Source of the DNA: Gnetum montanum
Taxonomy: Eukaryota > Plantae > Gnetophyta
Reading direction: 5' to 3'
DNA length: 64,000 bases
Assembly (NCBI GenBank): GCA_015680685.1
Contig: MNCI01000668.1
Coordinates: 444,231 to 508,230, forward strand
The notes under the pieces were generated by a model. The model ran no database searches, was not told the DNA's origin, and saw only the letters and a program-made list of their open reading frames with translations. The first letter of the stretch is position 1. Each line of letters opens with the position of its first letter. Position numbers and translations under genes: made by a program. Positions 26,804 to 39,000 of the stretch are shown piece after piece.

Positions 26804-29044
26804 TACCCCCATGGTTAAATGAAAGCTTGTTGTCGAGTTCCTTACAAAATATTGGGAAGGTATGGGATTATTGACTTAAATGAAACTAATGGGATGACGT
26901 GTGAACAGATCATCATTACAAGACAAAACAAAACTGGTGTTCATGACAACAAGAGTGAACACCTTATTACATTGACATCAGACCTCATTTGGCAGCTAAG
27001 AAAGAGAGAGAGAGAAAGAAGTGTTGCTACTACCAACGCCAAGATTGCGCCTTTCATTGTCCATCTGTAAGCACGCCATCGATCTTGTTCCTTGCATAGC
27101 TACTTCAGCCCCGCTCCATTCCAAGGGTTCCCTCTAGAACCAATTCGTTGTTGCATGATTACCATCTGCACACACAACACAATTTTATATTAGCAAGGGT
27201 AAATGAATCATAATATAGTTAATACCTTGCTTCAGTGAAAGGTCCATTGGCTGAGTTGTGGTATGGCTGATACAGATCTGGAGATATAATAGTAATGACT
27301 ACCAAAGGTGTAGGGGTTAGGAGAAAATTGAAAAAATTAGGCCCCGTACCCCCATGACTAATCGTGAACCTCTGGTAGCAAAAGAATGGAAAAAGAAAAG
27401 GAGTAAGAAAGAGGAAGAAAAAGAGAAAACTATAACATTGATGAAAAGGATGTCAATATGGAAATGAAAAAAATAAAATGGATTACAGAAATGTTAAGGG
27501 AAAGAATTTAACTAGTGCACCAAATAGGAATGTCAGTGGGTCCTCCCCAAAGCAGGCTCATGCCCTTAATGCCCTGATAAACCCACATTCAAAGAGTCCA
27601 TAGGCGCTAGGAATGTCTTTTGGAACAAGAGTTAAAGTCTTAACCACAAGAATTTACCTAAAAGAAAACAATGCATCAACCAAAATATACACTAATGATA
27701 CAACCGACAATGAGGTGAACAATGGAGAGAAGGATGGAGAGAATACAATGGAATGGAATCCCAAGAACAAGGTGGTGTACAACCCCTTGTGTATTTCATG
27801 ATTAATGTGACTTAGTAAATCCCATTCCAAGTTCAACCTCAAAAAAACCACATCCAGTGACTTTGCATTAATGCATTCGGCCAATCCATCCTCTTGAAGT
27901 AACAAGAATGCCTTCACCTAAGAGCCACCACCATTCCGACGAAACGAAGGAGGAGAGAAAATGGGAAGCAAGAAGGGCCTTAGTTAGAGGAAACATTTTT
28001 ATTTTAGTTCCATGACCAGTGCTTGTAGCCCAAGTGATTATTTCATCTAAGGGGTATTCTTTGAATTCTCACTCTTCTCTCCTTTTTTTTGTATTTTATG
28101 TGTTTATGCATGAGAACCACACCATGCAAAGACTTGTTATTTTTATTTGCTCAGGTTCTCGATAATTGGGTAACGTCGAACTGGCAAGAAAACTCAAGAA
28201 GAAAACATTCAAGTACCCAAGAAAATGGGCAACACAAATGCATCAAGTTCCCTTGAAGTCACACCCTTTTCAATCCTTGAGTCCTTCCTTAGTTTGAGAA
28301 GTACCCAGTCACCGATTCGTTATAGTTTTTATTTAGAAAGGGACTGTACATTTCCAAGCCAAGAGAGACCATAGAACTTGTGGATGAATGGAGAAGTGGA
28401 CTCATTGACTACCATATCAAAAGAACATACCTTAGTATCAACATCATAACTTAAAGGTAAAAACCAAACATTAGCAATCAATGAAAAATAGTTCATACCA
28501 TTGGGAAGAACACTTATTGGGTGAAAAAATTACAAGATGGATAACACACATACACAAAATGAAAAAGTATAATGATGTTGTAAAACAAAAACAAGAAAAG
28601 TTAAAGAAATTTGTAAAACAAAAATGTGTAAGACAAAAACGTGTAAAACAAAAATGTGTAAGAGAAAAACTTAAAAGAACTGAGGGCCTCCAATGATCAG
28701 CATAGGTGGCCATCTCGCCCATGATTGAATTGCAAGGGAGAGATCTGAAATGATAAACGTCTATTTGAATTTTGTAAAAGTGCCCAACTTCTCCCCACTG
28801 ATGTTCTTAGATTAAGGGGTGAAAGTCAGTGATGCTCATACTTCAATGTATCTATGCCTTCGTTTTTGGCATGAGTTGTTCCCCCAGTTTGTTCCATGAA
28901 TATTGGGTTGCTCTTTTGACTAGCTGTCAACCACAGGGTATCCACTACTTGTGTGGTTGCTACATATAGGCACCTTTGAATTTGAGTTTCTAGGGCACAC
29001 CGATTACATAGAAGAGATGCTAAGCATTCTTCCATGTCATCACC

Positions 29045-29596
29045 CTATGAGTCATTGTATGTGATGCATGAAAATTTCTTCTTCTCGATCTTCCCATATA
29101 TATTTACCTTAGATATCTCCAAGGAAATATCATGGATCCCTAGGTACGCATCTATTGTACTCAGCCATGGCCTTCCCATTATGATTGGGAAGTCCCCTTC
29201 ATTGTTGTTAACTTCGATCACCAGGAAATCAGCTGGGTATGACCAACCACACACAGTGGTAACGATGTCCTCCACCAATCCCAAAGGAATGGTGATGGAT
29301 TGGTCAACCAACTATAGTTGAATGTTGCTCTTCTTAAGTTGGGGTAGGTTCTAGGCTTGATACATTTCTTGTGAGATTAAGTTGACTCTGGAACCTGAGT
29401 CAAGAATAGCCTTATGAGGTTTTTTCCCAATGACTTGTAGATAAATTAGGGGACTCCCAGGGTCAGATAGTTTCTTGGGAAGGTGGCCTACCTTGATCCA
29501 GTCAGTTACGGTATGTGTTAACATAACCGTATGTGTGAAGCTCTGTTGTTGGATTAAAGGGAGCTCCAAAGCTCTATATGTTGGAGGAGCGTGCAC
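29045..29596 (-). pseudogene. Retroviral-type aspartic protease of NA1
   Basis: KLSDPGSP..AILDSGSRVNLISQEMY; YPADFLVIEV..PIIMGRPWLST. Confidence 0.88.
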
Positions 29597-29699
29597 AGAC
29601 TCAACCGCTTGTTGTTGTGAGAGCTTGTCTAGGCTTTTGGTTCTAAAGAAAGGTCTTCTCTTTTTATGGTTGTTAGAACCAGCAGCGGGTTGAATTTTT

Positions 29700-31200
29700 A
29701 TAGCACTTGTAGCATTACATTGCTGTGGTTGAGTGGGGAGTTCTCCTTACATTGTTGGAGCAGGTGGTATGGGAACTACCAGTGTGAGAGAAGCAGATGG
29801 ATTTAGAGGATGGTACATGTATGGAGTGTCTCCTGGAGGAGAAGGAGTCCTTCTAAAGTACTCCCAAACTTGGTAGTAATGTTGGGGAGTTTTGTGACCC
29901 ATGGAGTCACTTGGAGAAATCAGTTGCTACACATAATATCCATATGGGTCTGGCTGCCAGTAAGGGTATTGTTGCCTAGGTAGTGGCATCCCCCATGACT
30001 GTGGGTATTGCTACTGCTGATGTTGCCCGATGGGTTGTGGTGGAGTTCCACTTGGATAGTACGTTAATGGTTGGTGGAACTGTCTTGGGTTACCTTGGGA
30101 ATAAGGTAACCTTCGAGGTGCCTATCGTTGGTTAAGTCTTGGGTTAAGTGCATACACCCCAGACTCTAGTAGATGTGAGATGATTGGACAACATCCCTTA
30201 GGATGGTCATATTGGCAGATCTCACATCCACCATCATTTTCTGTGTCAGAATCCACAACCTCATCGGCGGTAGTGATTTTTCCCTTACCCTTGTTACATG
30301 CAGGGCCTGAATCTCTCCGCTTTGTCTTATTCTTGTCACTACTTCATTCCTCCTTAGACTTCTCTATGATTTTCAAAACAGTTTCAATTTTACTGTCTAA
30401 GGAGCTCCATACTTCATCCACCTTAGTCGATACTTCTATTGTTAGCTTTTGAATCGGCAATTTTTTTCTATTCACCAAATTTTCAAGTGGTGACTCATCC
30501 TCTTCATCACAAACTCTCACTACCCTCCTTCGAAGGGAAGGATCACGATTATATTCTTCCACGCTTTCTCTTTTTCGTAGCTCCCCTTCTTGTTTGGCTA
30601 CTTGCTCCAAAAATCAATGAATTTCATGGGCTCTAAGTTCTAATAGTCTCCCTTGGGCATAAGTCCCAAGGGTTCTCCTATTCTCATGTCTTAGCCCATC
30701 TACAATATGGCGAAGTTGGTCCCGTTGTGCGTAACCATGGCTTGAGCAATGATGTAACAATGCATAGTATCGGCCCATGGCAGCATCTAAGGTTCATGAG
30801 TACCTTGCTTCCATCCTTGGATCTGCTTACACAAATTAGACACTTTGAAGTACGTTTGATATTTATCGTTGAAGAGTTCTAACATTGTACTCCACCTGTT
30901 AATGGTTTTCGGTTCTAAGGACTGGTACCAACTCTCTACTTCCTTGATGAGTGTCCTGAGAAATAACTTTAGTTTCTGCCACTCGTTCTCTATGTTTTGC
31001 AAGGCACAGGCATCATGGAATGCTTGTAAATTATTTTTTAGATCGACATTATATCCCCCCTTAAAGCGTGGGATATTATTCATGTCTAAGAACTTGATCC
31101 GACTATCTCTTTGATGCCTTGTTGGTATTCTCACTGCCTCCGTGATATCTAGCATACTTCGGGTTGTAAGTAGGGGTTCGTCATGATCATCTCTTTCATG
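29700..31200 (-). pseudogene. gag: Gypsy gag of NA1
   Basis: KLKLFLRTLIKEVESWYQSLEPKTINRWSTMLELFNDKY; knuckle CEICQYDHPKGCC; Q/P-rich tail. Confidence 0.88.
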
Positions 31201-31416
31201 ATGTCTATGATGTCTATGTTGTTCCCTACTTTCCTTTCATTCATGCCCTTTTCCTCTCTCTCGACTCTCTCTTCGAGGTCTTTCATTTTTCATACCTCTA
31301 TCCTCACCATTATGCTCTTGATGGCTACACCTAGATGTGGAAGGAGAGGGTGAGTGATGTGATGAAGGGGAAGAAGAAGGAAAACCATCGCCATGATGAT
31401 GTTTCTTAACTTCTCA

Positions 31417-31995
31417 TCAGCTTCTATGGCCCCGATCGTGATGATGATCTAAGTGCCTGTCCTTGTCATGTGTTGTTGTTTCCTCAATGAAAAGTTGGCA
31501 TTCATGAGGATTAGAACCAAGGTTGTGTACCATGGAGCGTAGGTTCTGATGCCCCACCTCCTCACTATCATTAGGAGGGGGAACATCATTCGATAGAGAA
31601 CCCGTTATAAGTGGTTCACCATCTCCGATTTCACTTAGGACATGCGGGACCCCTTTGCCCTTCAACAGTGTATGGTGGCTCTCCTGCCGTGAGTCCCTTA
31701 TATGTTGTGCTGCTGTGGGATGGTAATCCCTCATGTCAAAATTTGTTGCAACATATTCAACATATAATTCCGTCATGCCTATCTGTGCCAGAGCACAGAG
31801 AAGCATGTTAGGGACTGCCTGATTTGGGGGTAACATAATGTTACCTTGCAAATCTTTCCATCGCAGCAGTTCGTCTTGATGGAGGATAAAAGTAAAGTTC
31901 GGTATGTACTCATCAGGATGGGTATATACCAATCGGTATTGTTGAGGAGCTTGCGGATTTTGATTATGTGTTTTAGATTTCTGACTGTTTTTCAT
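31417..31995 (-). CDS. 192-aa ORF upstream of NA1 gag, unknown function (possible Gag N-terminal extension)
   Basis: Open 579 bp starting ~170 nt after the PBS; no recognisable domain. Confidence 0.45.
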   Translation of the reverse strand: MKNSQKSKTHNQNPQAPQQYRLVYTHPDEYIPNFTFILHQDELLRWKDLQGNIMLPPNQAVPNMLLCALAQIGMTELYVEYVATNFDMRDYHPTAAQHIRDSRQESHHTLLKGKGVPHVLSEIGDGEPLITGSLSNDVPPPNDSEEVGHQNLRSMVHNLGSNPHECQLFIEETTTHDKDRHLDHHHDRGHRS

Positions 31996-32166
31996 ATGAT
32001 CCCTAGGTTGTGTAATGCTCTTGTGAGAAGAAGAAGAAGAAATTGTGTCTTATCGGTGTGCTATTTAACCATTATATAAATTTTTTGTTAATTAACCCTA
32101 AGGTTCATTTAGGCTCCCAACGATGTGAGTGATATCCTATGTTCTACTTAGCACACAAACACTTAG

Positions 32167-32184
32167 TCCCCGACAATGGTGCCA
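32167..32184 (-). promoter_or_regulatory. Primer-binding site, tRNA-Asp
   Basis: Reverse complement TGGCACCATTGTCGGGGA vs canonical TGGCGCCGTTGCCGGGGA. Confidence 0.85.
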
Positions 32185-32185
32185 A

Positions 32186-33046
32186 TGATGAGTGGTGAGG
32201 TACCCCTACACTCAACCATATGAATATGAGCATAGCATGCGTGATTCAGTCAAACTCCATAGATTAAGTGCCTACACGCCTTATGGAACAGTTAGGGTTA
32301 ATCATTCGTTGTCTTCCCAGACTTACTTGTAGTTGTCACGGTTGTATGGTTAAGTAAGTCTGAGGTATATGATTTTTATGTCTTTTCTTTTTTATCTCCT
32401 ATGCTAACAAGGTGAAGGTTGAAGAAAATAATTAACTAACTCTAACTAACTAACTAAGTCTTAATTAACCTAGCATCAACATCCATTCCCACTTACCGTT
32501 CACACACTGAACCAATGCAACCTTGGTTACCAAACGCTAATCGTAGCTGGGATCACCAAGCGTAATGCACGTGCTCAAAGCGGTCGTACTGAGGCACTTA
32601 ACTAGGAGAGAAGGGTTGAGAGAGATTTAATAACTAATAAAGCGATTAAATGATAAACAGTAAATAACATTAAATAAAATCCTATTTAGCCTATTTCATG
32701 CACTGCAAAGTTTATCCAAGAAGTTTGTCTTTATTGCTGTACACAAACTTGTGTTCAGGTACAAAATTTGCTCGAATAAAGATCCATTCACTTTGGAGTT
32801 CCTACTATGGGCACATGGAGAATATTCTATCTCTAGAGGGATCAAAGTGCCAAAGTTTCACTACGGTCTAAGCCTAGGATGAGAAAAAAGGGAGAGCCGC
32901 CTCTTATTTATAGACTTGGAGACGCACCGCAATATTGCGTACGTGATATCGCGGGGGATGACGTGATGTCGTGTGGGATGCGATATCACCACAGACATGA
33001 TATCATGTACATGATATTGTGGCCCATGCGATATCGCGTCCCATCA
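32186..33046 (-). repeat. 5' LTR of NA1
   Basis: Direct repeat of 25964-26803. Confidence 0.93.
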
Positions 33047-33234
33047 AGCATGCTACCTATGGGTAAACATGGCTAATATAGGTCAAAAGAGGGTTGCAGT
33101 TTGCTAGTTTTAGGCCTTAGTAGGCCATGGTTTAGGGCTACAGGGCTATTAGATGGATTTGGTCATTAGTCAAGGTTGTTTTTGGGCTATTTGGGCCTAA
33201 AAACAAGATTTTTGAAGCTTATATGCTAAGACCT

Positions 33235-33643
33235 CCTCTCTTTCCACATTGAGCCCCCCCTCTAGGGGAGTATACTAGCATGGAGGGTTTCAAGGGGCTC
33301 AATTTTGATGCATTTTGATTAGTTTTCGACATGCATGTGCATTCCCGAGGTTGTCAAACATTGCCCAAGGTCACAAGTTGTTAATTTTAAGGATTTTTGA
33401 TTGGTTTTTAAGGTTACACCCTTGTTTCCATGCTAAGCCCCCATTTTAGGGGGGTATGCCAATGTGGAGGGTTCCAAGGGGCTGAGTTTTGATGAATTTT
33501 AATTAGTTTTTGGCATGCATGTGTTTTCCTAAGGTTGCTAATGCTATTGGACATCACCCAAGATCACAAGTTGTCTATTTTAAGGCTTTTGGATTGGTGT
33601 TTAAGGTTTTCCCCTTGTTTCCACACTAAGCCCCCACCCCACA

Positions 33644-33674
<31 letters not shown>

Positions 33675-34795
33675 TAGAGGGGTATGTCAGCATGGAGTTG
33701 TTTAAGAGGCTGATTTTTAACAAATTATGATCAATTTTGGACATTCATGTGCATTCTTGGGGTTGCTGGTGTTGTCAGACATTTCCCAAGAGAAAAATTT
33801 GTTAATTTTAAGGCATTTTGATATGTTTTTTAGGGTTTCCCTTTTGTTTCCAAGTTGATCCCCCTCTCTAAGGGGTAAATCAGTGTGGACAATTTTGAGG
33901 GGTTGATTTTTGACAAATTTTAATTAGTTTTAGGCATGCGTGTGCATTTCTAAGGTTATTGGAGCTACTGGGCATCATCCAAGATCAAAAGTTGCTAGTT
34001 TTAAGGTTATTTAATGCATTTTCAAGGTTACCCCCTTGTTTCTACACTAAGCCCCCCCTCCAGGGGGTAAGCTAGTGTGGAAGATCCTAAGGGACTAATT
34101 TTTGACTAATTTTGATCAATTTATTCCCTGGACTACTGGTGTTGTCAAGCATTGCCCAAGATCAAAAGTTATTAGTTTTAAGGTTATTTAATACATATTT
34201 AGGGCTACCCCCTTATTTCCATGTTGCACCCCTCTCCAAGGGGTAAGCCAACATGGAAGATCCCAAGGGGTTAATTTTTAATGAATTTTGATCAATTTTG
34301 ACATGCATGTGCATTCCTGGGGCTACCAGAGCTGCTAGGCACCACCCAAGATCAAAAGTTATCCATTTTATTATTATTTAATTCATTTTCAAGGTTAACC
34401 CCTTATTTCCACATTGAGCCCCCACCGCCCCCCCCCCCCCCCCCCCCCCCCCCCCCCNNNNNNNNNNNNNNNNNNNNNNNNNNNNNNNNNNNNNNNNNNN
34501 NNNNNNNNNNNNNNNNNNNNNNNNNNNNNNNNNNNNNNNNNNNNNNNNNNNNNNNNNNNNNNNNNNNNNNNNNNNNNNNNNNNNNNNNCCCCCCCCCCCC
34601 CCTCTATGTGGGTAGGTTAGTGTGGAAGATCCCAAGGGGTTAATTAGTTTTGGACATGCATGTGCATTCTTATGGTTGCTAGTGCTACTGGGCATTACCC
34701 AAGGTCAAAACTTATCAATTTTAAGGTTTTTAAGTTAAGTTTTGAGGTTGCCCTCTTATTTCCATGCTAAGGCCCCCCTCTAGGGAGGAGGNNNN
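33235..34795. repeat. ~185-bp tandem array (8 or more units) with poly-C expansions; spans assembly gaps
   Basis: Recurrent cccttgtttcca..agcccccc..tagggg..ttttgg(a)catgcatgtgcattc..cccaagatca(c/a)aagtt units near 33420, 33612, 33840, 34032, 34210, 34399, 34750. Confidence 0.85.
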
Positions 34796-35778
34796 NNNNN
34801 NNNTGGTAAGCCAGGGGGTAAGAACTAAGGGGTTTAGAACCAAGGGGATTATCAACTACCGAAGGTTGTTAAGGGGTAGCAAAGCTCTCAATGTAAGAAC
34901 TATAATTACTAGAAGTTGGAAAGAGGATTTTTATGTTATACCTCCTAAGCCCCCATAATGGCCACACACTGGAAATAATGGAGGGGGGATTCACCAACAT
35001 GGGATGTGATACAAGGTTGCAAATCAACTTGTTCTAATGCAATAAATAGACTATTGGAGGCTATACAAGAGTATAAAGGTCAATTATGGTAACTAGGTGG
35101 TTGATTTATGGAATTTCATGTCACCTCCCATCCATCTATGCTAGACCCAAGGTTCATAGCATGGATAGGGCTTCCCTCAATGTGGAACCACAAAATAAAA
35201 AGGTATGACCACTTTTGACTAGGTTTTTCAAGTTTTAGGGGTTGTCGGGAGTGATTGGATGGATTCTTGGTTATGTGGGTTTCCTTTGGGGGTCAGATCT
35301 GGGTGTGATAGGTAGTGGGGGATATGAATGAGAGTTACCCACCTTTGTTTCACATTGAACCCTCCTTCTATGGGGGTAAGGTAGGGGTACTCCCCAAGTG
35401 AATATTTTCAACAAAGTTTGACCCCCTTTCATAGCTTGGGGTTGAATGTTGTAAGTTGTAATTGCTCAAAAATGGAAAGGAAGTTAGTTTTTTATGGTTT
35501 TGCAGGGTGGAAGACATGCATCCACATTGCGTATGATACCCCCTAATGTGGATGCATGGGAGTTAAGGCTTGGGTATGGTTCTATGTGTTGAAGGGATCA
35601 AAATCCCAACATTGTCATAGTTTGTAATTCCAAAACTCCATGTGTGAGAGTGCAGGGTGGGATCCATGGTTTACAAATTTTAAAAATTAAAAATTAAGAA
35701 ACAAAAGGAAATTTTCATTTCCTCCTCCTCACTCATAGCATGGAGGATAATTTCCACCCCTTAGACTTTAGTGTATGT

Positions 35779-35836
35779 GGAGTTATCATACACAGAATTA
35801 GCAAGTAGGAGTTATTATACACAGAATTAGCAAGTA
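35779..35836. repeat. 29-bp tandem duplication
   Basis: ggagttat(c/t)atacacagaattagcaagta x2. Confidence 0.9.
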
Positions 35837-36039
35837 GGGGTTTTTAGGATTTTTAATGTTGAAACGTACAAAAACTTATCACAAACCACCATTCCATCAA
35901 CCAACATAGTGGAGGAGAGCCTTTACATACATTTTTGTATTTGATATTGCCAACTTTTAACATTGAAGCTCTTTATCCTTCTCTTGGCCAACGTTGAAGC
36001 CCTAACTACTTCAGATCTCAAGCCTTCTTTCAACATTGG

Positions 36040-39000
36040 GTGTCAAGATGAAGAAAGGTAGTAAAAATCATAACATCTAGGAATTAGGTGAGGTTTCTTA
36101 AAGGATATCCACATTTTCCAAGGTCATTTCCATATAGGGGACTTCTTCATTAGTTCGAAGGTAGGCCATTTTTTTGCCTTTTTTCATAGTGTTCTAGCCA
36201 TTTTTGGTATTTTTCTAGGAAGTAATAGGCCATTTTTCTTAGATCTAGTCAAAAGGAGTCAATAAAATTAATTTGTCATGTTTTGGCCATTTTCATATGG
36301 ATCTAGGGTTATTTTTCTATTTTCACCTTTGTAGATAAGATTTTTGAAAGTAGGCTTGCTTTTTAGATGCTTTTTCTAAAAATCTCATGTTGAGGCCATT
36401 TTTCTTAGATCTAGGGCCAAGGACTCATTAAAATTAAATTCTCATGGCATCATGCCCCTTATTTTGGTGGGTTTTGTGATGGGTAGATATTGACTTGGCT
36501 ATTTTTATCATAATCTATTGTTTCATAATGTTAAATTTGTGTTTTTTATGCTTTTTGGTACAAAAATCAAGTTATGTTGTGTATTATCAGAAAAACAGCT
36601 TATGTTTTCAAAATTTAATGTTTTTGGTTTTTATTATTGTATTTAAGATTATAAATGGGTATGGTCTTGTTTAATTCGGAGTTATATTGATCAAGTTATG
36701 GCTATTTTAGTTTGGTTGTGCAATCAAGGGTTTGTGCCATTTTTCAGATTTTCATCAATATTGATGAATTGTTTCTAAACGTGAGGCTAACGTTTTGAAT
36801 TTGTATTCAGTATATGTATGTAGGGCTTAATTCAAGCTTTTAAATGGTGGTGGAATCACTCCATTTAGAGCCTAAATGAATTTTTGGTGAATTGTTTCCT
36901 AACCCTGCACAAATGGGGGTTAACAGTGATGGCTATGTTTTTTCTATTTCTGGCTATGTTTTGTGTAAGAATGGTTACATATTTTTGGTTTAAATGGTCA
37001 TAGATAGAATTTTCATGATTTTAGGGTTCCTTCCATGGTGGAATCACTAAAATTAGAACCAAGATGAATTTTTTAATGAATTTTATAATAAGGTTGTGTT
37101 AATAGGTCTAAATTTGGTTGTAGCACTTTATCCCTTTGAGGATGGATGTGGTTGTCATAGTTGGAATTGTCAACCTCCATGCTCTTATGGATTTTTATTT
37201 TTATAAATTATGATTTTTTTGTGTTTTTTTAAATAAAAGAGCTTCTTACTATTTTTAGTAGGTTTTTTACTTATTTTTGTTATGACTACTTTTTCTATGT
37301 TCTGATGCTTTTTCTAAATTAATGCATGTTTTCTAAATTAATTTGGTTGTGATGATTTAATTATAATAATTTTTTCTAGGAGAGGTTGTAATAATATATT
37401 TATATCTTGTGAATTTTCTTAAGCAAATTTGAATCTACATCTTAGAGATTTTTACGAAGGCTAATTTCATCCTTGACAATGATGTGTAAAATTTGTTGAG
37501 AAATTCTAAGTGTTGAAATGTTATGTTAATGTTGTTTTTTTTTATACTTTCCCCTTGTAGGGTCCTACTCAAGCTAGTGCTCATTGTGGTTGAGTTGGTT
37601 GGCATTCTTTGTTGTCTTAGTTAACTTATAGACCATATCCCTCTTTTTGACTTGGCATTAGAGAAGACATTAGTGTGGTTCCATCCAGGGGTAAGGGACT
37701 TCCTTTCCTATCTTCTCCAACATTTTTAGTGTAATCATGAGGTTACATTTTTTTGAGGAGATGGCTGTAGTCATCATGAAGACCTTGTTACCTAGGTCTG
37801 CATGCTTGGTTTTCCAGTTTATAACTAATGGACTAGAGACTTGAGTAGTAGGAGAGCTAGTGGATTTCATCAGTTTGTGATACCTTTCAAATATCTGAAG
37901 CATGCTAGAGTATTCACAATACAACATGAATAATAATCTAATGGTGATGCAAAGAGTTCACTCTTTATTCCAAAATCCTCTAAGGACTATGTACTAACTA
38001 CAAGGGTAAGCATGGCTATTATAGGTGTTAACATTTTGGCTTTATCTAGTTCAGTCTCTTTTTTCTAACTTGTTGGTTTTACACATATCTTGCAGGTAAA
38101 AGGCTAATGATCAAGGATTGATCAAGAATGATCAAACCTTAGCAGTAGCCCATACTACATTGAACAAATTCACCAAGGGCCCCAACATTAGATATGTTGT
38201 TTTTGAATAGTTAAGAGGGGAATTTAATGAATACCCTACTAGATTTGACCATGTTTACAAGAAGTGTATGGCTACTGAAACAACACATAGTTGATGGGTG
38301 GTCCCTAACAATATCAGAGATATGGGTATTATTGTTGGAACTCCCACAGAAGCTTCTCCAAGCAAGAAGAAGAAGAGTGAGAAATTAGGTACATTGTTAT
38401 ACTAAAGGTTTTATGGTTATTTAGGCTATAAGTTTCTTATGGTTAAAACATATTTTTATTGATGCCAAGCATTTGTCTTTTGCTTATAGGAACTCTCACT
38501 CCCACAGAGGTTACTATACCCCTCACCAAATGTTCTTTGGAAAATCTCATCCTAAAGTTTGATGAGGTGGGACTAGCATAAGAGTGGTTAAGGGAGAATG
38601 CATCTGAAGACATTCAAGCAAACATTTCTCATGTGTGCTTTCTTGAGATCTTTATGGCACCCAAACCTATCATTGCTTCTGTAGAGATGCTAATTATCAT
38701 TGACTCTTTTGATGAAAAAATTGATGTGTTCCACACCACAGTATGAGGCCAATCTATTGCTATTCCTATACGAGCAACCACCTTCCATGAATTATTTGGT
38801 ATTCCTGTTAATAGGATAATAGTTGCCACCAAACCAATGAAAGAAGTATGTCACTGTGTAGAAGTTGAGGAATGGCTTTGTGCTACCAAGGGCCACTCCA
38901 ATCATACTTGTAGTAGCTTTACTAACCCTGATGTAAAAGGGTCTTATCCCTTGTTTAGATCTAGGATATTTCCTAAATTATTTTCACAAAAGAAGGTGAT

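Larger units (their letters stand above)
25964..33046 (-). mobile_element. Young non-autonomous Athila-like LTR element NA1 (gag + protease, no RT/RH/INT), 7083 bp
   Basis: Highly similar LTRs 25964-26803/32186-33046 (TGATG..CATCA); perfect TSD AGCAT; PBS-Asp; PPT at 26804-26812. Confidence 0.93.

Noticed and set aside
28575-28670. Lys-rich ORF 28481-28696
   Set aside because: Produced by a 15-bp tandem repeat (aaaacaaaaatgtgt) in non-coding DNA
30185-30230. CX2CX3HX4C knuckle as a novelty
   Set aside because: This spacing is common in non-chromovirus Gypsy Gag
33235-34795. CRISPR-like array
   Set aside because: Whole units are homologous with no unique spacers; eukaryotic TE context and no cas genes
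34378-34958. Poly-Gly/poly-Pro ORFs
   Set aside because: Artefacts of poly-C runs and N gaps
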